Of a DNA stretch of 64,000 nt, positions 58,465 through 64,000 are shown piece after piece; the first letter of the stretch is position 1; every line of letters starts with the position of its first letter. The notes under the pieces are model-generated. The model was given only the letters and a program-made list of their open reading frames with translations. It was not told where the DNA came from and searched no databases. The position numbers and the translations under genes were made by a program. Source of the DNA: Acidimicrobiales bacterium (GTDB lineage Bacteria; Actinomycetota; Acidimicrobiia; Acidimicrobiales; CADCSY01); contig JAUJNB010000001.1 of the NCBI GenBank assembly GCA_030446545.1, positions 212,550 through 276,549 on the forward strand, given 5' to 3'.

Positions 58465-59163
58465 CTACCGCTCGATGGTCAGGCCCCGGAGGTAGAACCA
58501 GTAGGTCCGCCAGCGGATGTCGCCGAGGGGGACGAGCAATGAGACCAGGGCCTTGTACATCCGCCAGGTCTGGCGCATGCCTTCACGCCGACCCGCCTTG
58601 TCCCGCTTGGTGCGGTGCTGGGCCCCGTCCATGATGCGGGCACTGGTGCGCAGTCGGGCCTCGCAGATCACCTCGTTCAGGCGGACCTCGATGGTGTAGC
58701 CGTCGAGCTTGCTGGTGGGCACCGCCTCGAAGACCCACCGGGGGACGATCCGCTCGCCACTGAGGGGCGGGCAGCGCAGCACCACCCAGTTCCAGAAGCG
58801 GCCGTAGTCGAAGAAGCCGATCGACATGGTGGCCCGGCCCGCCACGAAGGGCTGGCACACCTGGTCGAGGTGGCCCGGGGTGAGCCCGGTGCAGTCGGCG
58901 TCGACGAACAGGATCGCCTCGGCGTCGCTCGCCACCACGCCGAGAGCCAGGGCCAGGGCCTTGGAGCCGAGGGCCGCCTCCCGGCGGACCACCTTGGCCC
59001 CGGCGGCCGAGGCCCGCTCGGCGGTGGCGTCGGACGAGCCGTCGTCGACGACGATCACCTCACGGACGAATCGACAGGCCCGGGCGGCGGCGACGTTGGC
59101 CGCCACCGTCGTTTCCTCGTTGCGGGCGGGCATGACCACGTCGACGGTCACCCGCTCGGTCAC
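58465..59163 (-). CDS. glycosyltransferase family 2
   Basis: VVMPARNEE, VIVVDDGSSD and FVDADC motifs indicate a GT-A fold. Confidence 0.85.
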   Translation of the reverse strand: MTERVTVDVVMPARNEETTVAANVAAARACRFVREVIVVDDGSSDATAERASAAGAKVVRREAALGSKALALALGVVASDAEAILFVDADCTGLTPGHLDQVCQPFVAGRATMSIGFFDYGRFWNWVVLRCPPLSGERIVPRWVFEAVPTSKLDGYTIEVRLNEVICEARLRTSARIMDGAQHRTKRDKAGRREGMRQTWRMYKALVSLLVPLGDIRWRTYWFYLRGLTIER

Positions 59164-59211
59164 GCCGTCACCTCGGCCTCGAGGGCAGCTTCTGGTCCGG
59201 GCTCGGAGGCA

Positions 59212-60471
59212 TCACGGCACCGTCTGGCCACCAGTTGGGCCAGAAGCGGGGGTGGTCGAGGCGGCGGTGACCAGCTGGTCGGGCGTGAGCTGCTCGGTGA
59301 GGAGGCGCTCGAAGCGGGCCGGGTCACCGGCCACGAAGCGCCGGCACAGGGGCAGGCCCTCCACGTAGCAGGTGATGTACGCCCGCCACGTGGGGTCGGT
59401 CAGGAACTGGACCAGCTTCTCAGCCCGCTGCCGGGGCAACAGGCCCCACCGCTCGGCGTAGGCGACGGCCTCGTCGGCGTCGGCCCCGTGCTCGTGGAGC
59501 AAGAGGGCGACGTTGCCCCGCACCCCCTCGAGCCCGTGGGCGGCTCGACCGACCTCGGCCACCACCTCGGCGTCGAAGGGGATCCCCCGGGGATGGAGGT
59601 GGCCCGCCGCCATGGTCGCCCGGGCTCGGGGGTCGGCCGACACCACCACCTCGAGGCCGAGGTCGGCCAGGCCCTCGGCCAGCAGGCACTGAGGCGTGCC
59701 CACCAGGAAGATGGTCTCCTCCAGCCACCGCCGCCGGCGGACCAGGCCCACCTCCTTGCGACAGTGCTCGGTGTGGTGGCCCGGATAAGCCTCATGAGCC
59801 ACCAGATGGGCCAGGCCGGGGCTGAGCACGGGCAGATCGACATTGACCGCCACCCGGGAGCGCAGCCCGCCGAGGTAGTAGTTGAAGCCCGACCAGGGCT
59901 GCTTGGTGACGAGCTCGATGTCGACTTGCTCCCCCTCGGGCAAGCCGAAGCTCCGGTCGGTGCGCTCCCGCAGGTCTTCGAGCAGGGAGGCGATGGCGCC
60001 GTCGAGGTGCTCGGGCGGTACCGCCTGGGCCTCGCGCCAGGCGCCGTAGCGAGCCCGCAGGTCACCGTGGCCGGGCAGGGCGGCGGCCAGGCGTCGGTGG
60101 GCGGCCGCCATGGACTCCTCGGGCACCGACTGCGGGCGCACCCCGTAGCAGGCCTCGACTTCGTCGGCGTAGCCCACCTCGTGGCCGGCCAGGCGGGTCG
60201 CGGTCATGCGCAGGCCCCGGACCTGGGCGGCCATCCAGTGCCGCCGCCCCGGCTCGAGCTCGTCGCCGGTCTCCAGGTCGGCCAACAGGCGACGGGCAAC
60301 CTCGGCCAGGCGCTCGGCCGGGACCACCGGCCCCTCGGCCGCCGCCGCAGCCAGTGCCGGGGGCCCGGTGTAGGCGTCGACCAGGCCCTCGACGTGACGA
60401 CCGAGCGCCAGGCCCAGCTGCAGGTAGCGGGTGACCGGGTCACCGTCGGCGTCGAGGAAGGCGAGGGGCAC
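59212..60471 (-). CDS. DUF885-like protein (HE..PGHH motif)
   Basis: GTG 60471 shares one base with the upstream TAG. The motif LVAHEAYPGHHTEH is present. The family assignment is from memory. Confidence 0.55.
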   Translation of the reverse strand: MPLAFLDADGDPVTRYLQLGLALGRHVEGLVDAYTGPPALAAAAAEGPVVPAERLAEVARRLLADLETGDELEPGRRHWMAAQVRGLRMTATRLAGHEVGYADEVEACYGVRPQSVPEESMAAAHRRLAAALPGHGDLRARYGAWREAQAVPPEHLDGAIASLLEDLRERTDRSFGLPEGEQVDIELVTKQPWSGFNYYLGGLRSRVAVNVDLPVLSPGLAHLVAHEAYPGHHTEHCRKEVGLVRRRRWLEETIFLVGTPQCLLAEGLADLGLEVVVSADPRARATMAAGHLHPRGIPFDAEVVAEVGRAAHGLEGVRGNVALLLHEHGADADEAVAYAERWGLLPRQRAEKLVQFLTDPTWRAYITCYVEGLPLCRRFVAGDPARFERLLTEQLTPDQLVTAASTTPASGPTGGQTVP

Positions 60472-61148
60472 TACCCCAGCCTGGCGCGCAGGAACTCCAA
60501 CGTGCGGGTCCAGGCCAGGCTGGCCGCCGACGGGTCGTAGGTGTCGGGCCGGGTGTCGTCGAAAAATGCGTGCCCGACGCCGGCGTAGAGGTGGAGATCG
60601 CTCTCCTTGCCGGCCTGGTCCAGCGCGGCCTCCAGCTCGCGCACCTGCTCGGACGACAGGCATTCGTCGTCCTCACCGAAGTGGCCCTGCACCGGCGCAT
60701 CGAGCCGGCTCCAGTCGGGCTGGGCCGATTCCCGGGGGATCAGCCCGTAGAAGGCCACGCAGGCGTCCACGTCGGCCGGTCGCTCGGTGGCCAGCATCAG
60801 GGCCAGCCCACCACCCACGCCCAACCCCACGACGCCGAGGCCGTCACCGCGCACCGTCGGGCTCTCCCGTAGGTGCTCCACCACGGCTCCCATCTCGCGC
60901 CCCGCCTGCTCCGGGGGCAACGCCGTTCCGAGCTCACCCGCCTCGTCGGGCTCACTCGCCCCCGCTCCCCGGAACAGGTCCGGCGCCAGGGCGGTGAAGC
61001 CCTCGACCGCCAAGCGGTCGCACAGGTCCTGTATGTGGCCCACGAGGCCCCACTTCTCCGGGACCACCACCAGACCCGGTCCTGCGCCCCGCTCGGGGGT
61101 GGCCAGGTATCCACGCCCGTCGCCACCCAGTTCGATCAGCTCGCCCAT
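60471..61148 (-). CDS. dienelactone hydrolase family protein
   Basis: PGLVVVPEKWGL, a nucleophile-elbow-like GLGVGG, and a C-terminal GHAFF are present. Confidence 0.8.
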   Translation of the reverse strand: MGELIELGGDGRGYLATPERGAGPGLVVVPEKWGLVGHIQDLCDRLAVEGFTALAPDLFRGAGASEPDEAGELGTALPPEQAGREMGAVVEHLRESPTVRGDGLGVVGLGVGGGLALMLATERPADVDACVAFYGLIPRESAQPDWSRLDAPVQGHFGEDDECLSSEQVRELEAALDQAGKESDLHLYAGVGHAFFDDTRPDTYDPSAASLAWTRTLEFLRARLG

Positions 61149-61178
61149 GGCCCTCGGCCTACCCAGTCGCCGGGCCGG

Positions 61179-61982
61179 CTACAGGAGCTCGGGTGCGTCG
61201 GGACAGTCGGCGGGACCGGCGAGGCTGACTGGGTCGACCGAGCCCGAGGGGCGGATCACGCGGTCGACCAGATCGAGAGGGACGACCTCGTGTCCGGCGG
61301 CCCACGGCTCCTCCCCCGCCAGCCCGGCGACCAGCGACGACCACAGCCCGGGCGGGAGTACCCGGCCGGCCGGGGCCACCAGCCACACCGGCAGGCCGCC
61401 GCATCGGGCCACGGCGGCGGCGGCCCGGGCACCCGGGGCGGCCACGAACCCGTCCGGGCCGACCGCCGACGCCTCCAAGACCACCAGCTCGGCCGCCGTC
61501 ACCGCCGGCCCGGTACCGCCCTCGTCGACCTCGACGGCCTGGACACCGACGCCCCGCAGCTGGCGGGCGAGCGCAACACCCTCCCCCAGGGCGTCGACCA
61601 CCAACAGGCGGAGATCGCCCCGACGGGCCAGGGCCCCGCTCGCCACCTCGGGCCAGCCCAACACCACCACCGTGGCGGCCTCGGGCAGCTCGGCCCGGAG
61701 CCGGCCCTCGGTGGGGTCGTCGTCGATCTCCTCCAGGCAGCGCCACGCCTCACGGCCGGGGTCGTCACCGCACAACATCCGGGCGCACAGCCACCGCAGC
61801 GGGCCCGACGTGGGGTGGTGCTGGAGGAGCCGCCGGCACGAGAGCAACAGCCCGGGCGGATCACCCTGCAGGGCGCCCAGGCCGACGGCGCTCTCCCGCA
61901 CCAGGACGGCCTGCTCGAGGGGACCGGCTCGGGCCAGGGCGCGCAGCCGCTCGACGGGGTGCACCCTTTTGACCCTAACCAT
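61179..61982 (-). CDS. hypothetical protein, possibly eIF-2B alpha/beta/delta-like fold
   Basis: ATG 61982 gives MVRVKRVHPVERLRAL... The pattern ...VVLEASAVGPDGFVAAPG... resembles IF-2B family proteins. The call is weak. Confidence 0.45.
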   Translation of the reverse strand: MVRVKRVHPVERLRALARAGPLEQAVLVRESAVGLGALQGDPPGLLLSCRRLLQHHPTSGPLRWLCARMLCGDDPGREAWRCLEEIDDDPTEGRLRAELPEAATVVVLGWPEVASGALARRGDLRLLVVDALGEGVALARQLRGVGVQAVEVDEGGTGPAVTAAELVVLEASAVGPDGFVAAPGARAAAAVARCGGLPVWLVAPAGRVLPPGLWSSLVAGLAGEEPWAAGHEVVPLDLVDRVIRPSGSVDPVSLAGPADCPDAPELL

Positions 61983-62054
61983 CCGGCTGCTCCGGCGGCC
62001 GTCGCGGCCGAGTGAACTTCCTGGCCGTGGGAAGGTCGCGCTACCTTCACCGGC

Positions 62055-62543
62055 GTGCCCGCCGACGCTCCCGCCGATGTGGCGCTGGCCCCGCTCGGCG
62101 GGACCGCTCATCCGCTGGAGCAGTGGCTGACCACCTTTCACCTGGTACTCGGCGCCCTGGACCCGTTCACCTCCGAGAGCGCCTGGCTGCTGCCCACGGT
62201 GGCCCGGATCTTCCGGGTCTACGACCAGGCCGACTGTCGGGTGGCGATCCTCATCACCTGCACGGCCGACGAGGCCCGCCAGTTCCTCGGGCCCTACTCC
62301 CAGGAGTTCCTCACCTTCGCCGATCCCGACCGGGAAGCGGTCAAGGCGCTGGGGCTCGATCGGCTCCCGGCGCTGGTGCACATCCGCCAGGACCTGAGCC
62401 TGGCCGGGGTGGCCGAGGGGTGGCACCCCGAGGAGTGGAGGGAGCTCACCGACCGACTGTCCCAGGCCATGAGTTGGAGCCGCCCATCCATCCCCGGCCG
62501 CGGCGACCCGGCACCCTACGAAGGCACATCAGCCCTGGGTTGA
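62055..62543 (+). CDS. hypothetical protein (thioredoxin-fold-like, no CxxC)
   Basis: 162-aa ORF with a GTG start and a protein-like composition. Confidence 0.5.
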   Translation: MPADAPADVALAPLGGTAHPLEQWLTTFHLVLGALDPFTSESAWLLPTVARIFRVYDQADCRVAILITCTADEARQFLGPYSQEFLTFADPDREAVKALGLDRLPALVHIRQDLSLAGVAEGWHPEEWRELTDRLSQAMSWSRPSIPGRGDPAPYEGTSALG

Positions 62544-62675
62544 GTCTCTTCGCCCTCACTCGCTTCGCTCGGTTCAGGGGTGAGCTGCTCGTGCTTCTGG
62601 GCGCCGGTGCCCGGCGCGATTGGCTCCGGTGGGTCTCGGGGCAGGGTGGAGCCTCCCCGAGGAAAGGATTCCTCT

Positions 62676-63167
62676 ATGGCCACCGACCAGCCGGCCCACA
62701 CGTTCCGCCGCACCTACGAACCACCGACGAGCTCCACGGCGCGATCGGCCCGGACCCCATCGACCAGCACCCGGTCGGGGCGCTCCCCCAGCCAGTACCT
62801 GGCCCTGGTCGTCGGGCTGGCCTTCGTCGCCGCCGGGGTGGCGGGATTCTTCGTCACCGGCTTCGACGACTTCTTCGCCCGGGACACCGAGCAGTTCCTT
62901 CTCGGGCTGGAGATCAACCCCGCCCACAACGTGGTGCACCTGGTGCTCGGCCTCTTGGGGCTGGCCCTGTGGTGGACCGCTTCCGGCGCCCGGACCTACG
63001 GCGCCGTGCTCTTCGTCGGCTACGGCGCCGCCTTCGTCTATGGCTTGTTCGCCGTGGACAACGCCGACATCAACCTGCTGTCGATGAACACCGCCGACAA
63101 CTGGTTCCACCTGGCCAGCGCCCTGACCGGTCTGGTCATCGCCGTGCTGCCGGCCCGCCGGCGTTAG
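62676..63167 (+). CDS. DUF4383-like membrane protein
   Basis: ATG 62676 follows GAGGAAAGGA. There are 4 TM helices and the motifs NPAHNVVHL and ADNWFHL. Confidence 0.65.
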   Translation: MATDQPAHTFRRTYEPPTSSTARSARTPSTSTRSGRSPSQYLALVVGLAFVAAGVAGFFVTGFDDFFARDTEQFLLGLEINPAHNVVHLVLGLLGLALWWTASGARTYGAVLFVGYGAAFVYGLFAVDNADINLLSMNTADNWFHLASALTGLVIAVLPARRR

Positions 63168-63178
63168 GGGGCAGGCTC

Positions 63179-64000
63179 ATGGGGTCGCTCGCGCAACAGA
63201 ACCCGTCGGTCTGGGTGGGCACCACGGTCGCCTCGTCCTACCCGGCCCTGGCCGGCCGGGTCGAGGTCGACGTCGCCGTGGTGGGGGGCGGCATCACCGG
63301 TCTGACCACCGCCCTGCTCCTCAAGCGGGCCGGGGCCACGGTGGCGGTGGTGGAGGCCGACCGGGTGGCTTCGGGCACCACCGGCTACACCACGGCCAAG
63401 CTGACGTCGCTGCACGGCCTGGTCTACGCCGAGTTGATCGACAAGCACGGTGAGGACAAGGCCCGCCAGTACGCCCAGGCCAACCAGGCGGCCGTGGCCC
63501 AGGTGGCGACCCTGGTGGACCAGCTCGCCATCGACTGCCAGTTCGAACGTCAGCCGGCGATCACCTACACCACCGAGGCACCCCGCCGGGCCGACATCGC
63601 CGCCGAGGTGGAAGCAGCCACCACCCTCGGCCTGCCCGCCTCCTACACCGAGGAGACCGCCCTCCCCTTTCCGGTCGAGGCGGCCATCCGATTCGAGGAC
63701 CAGGCCCAGTTCCACCCCCGCCGTTACTCCCTGGCTCTGGCGGCGGCCATACCGGGGGACGGGTCCCACGTCTTCGAGATGTCCCGTGCCCGCGACGTGG
63801 ACGAATCGGGTGAGCGTCCCCTCGTGCGCACCGACGGTGGCGAGGTGGTGGCCGCCGACGTGGTGGTGGCCACCCTGCTGCCCTTCGTCGACCTCGGCGG
63901 CTTCTTCGCCAAGTGCCACCCCATGCACTCCTACGCCATGGCCGTTCGCATCGACGGTGACGTCCCGGGTGGCATGTACCTCGGCGTCGACTCCCCCACC
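63179..64000 (+). CDS. FAD-dependent oxidoreductase, N-terminal part; runs off the right edge
   Basis: My own translation gives MGSLAQQNPSVW...VDVAVVGGGITGLTTALLLKRAGATVAVVE, a dinucleotide-binding motif. The frame stays open to the window end. Confidence 0.8.
   Translation, partial: MGSLAQQNPSVWVGTTVASSYPALAGRVEVDVAVVGGGITGLTTALLLKRAGATVAVVEADRVASGTTGYTTAKLTSLHGLVYAELIDKHGEDKARQYAQANQAAVAQVATLVDQLAIDCQFERQPAITYTTEAPRRADIAAEVEAATTLGLPASYTEETALPFPVEAAIRFEDQAQFHPRRYSLALAAAIPGDGSHVFEMSRARDVDESGERPLVRTDGGEVVAADVVVATLLPFVDLGGFFAKCHPMHSYAMAVRIDGDVPGGMYLGVDSPT

Noticed and set aside
62661-62678. Hairpin GAGGAA-agga-TTCCTC covering the RBS of the DUF4383 gene (possible translational switch)
   Set aside because: The stem is only 6 bp with a 4-nt loop. 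Such a structure is easily expected by chance, and there is no supporting context.

Overview
This is a very GC-rich window, roughly 70% or more by eye (not computed), and looks like an actinobacterial-type chromosome. I support about 65 protein-coding genes. I recognised no rRNA, tRNA, CRISPR array, transposase or integrase by reading.

Gene content is mostly housekeeping:
- A translationally coupled lpdA-(78-codon ORF)-sucB-lipB-lipA operon.
- A trkA pair with an OB-fold protein and an APC permease, in Mycobacterium Rv2690c-Rv2694c-like synteny.
- argS, a photolyase, OsmC, and two MFS transporters.
- Branched-chain amino acid and serine biosynthesis genes: ltbR-leuCD, leuA with a Leu leader and attenuator, serA, aspC and serC.
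- A two-component system, a MarR-rhodanese unit, and an ECF sigma/anti-sigma pair.
- A large Asp-box repeat lipoprotein, two CooC-like ATPases, and a GT4 / amylo-alpha-1,6-glucosidase / GT2 cluster.

Many long ORFs in the supplied track are antisense or out-of-frame shadows typical of high-GC DNA. I did not call them.

Three kinds of irregularity stand out:
1. Tight clusters of reading-frame breaks interrupt conserved and essential genes: lipA, lipB, sucB, an APC permease, argS, serC and the glucosidase. Several sit in G/C homopolymer runs. I read these as local assembly indel errors rather than gene decay, but I cannot prove that from the sequence.
2. There are structural scars:
   - a 422-bp tandem duplication giving a truncated macrodomain gene;
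   - a 233-bp insert between lpdA and sucB, bounded by 35-nt perfect direct repeats, that recreates ATGA stop/start overlaps at both ends;
   - a head-on junction between an 18-codon ilvB stub (leader and attenuator retained) and a truncated response regulator;
   - a YcaQ/AlkZ gene remnant.
3. Some modules have no obvious partner or function:
   - a DivIVA-like coiled coil fused to an LMW-PTP domain lacking the catalytic Arg;
   - tandem CooC-like ATPases, one His-rich, with no CODH in the window;
   - a coupled DM13 / RnfD-NqrB-like pair.

I cannot show that any of these is a genuinely new system. They are ranked below with tests.
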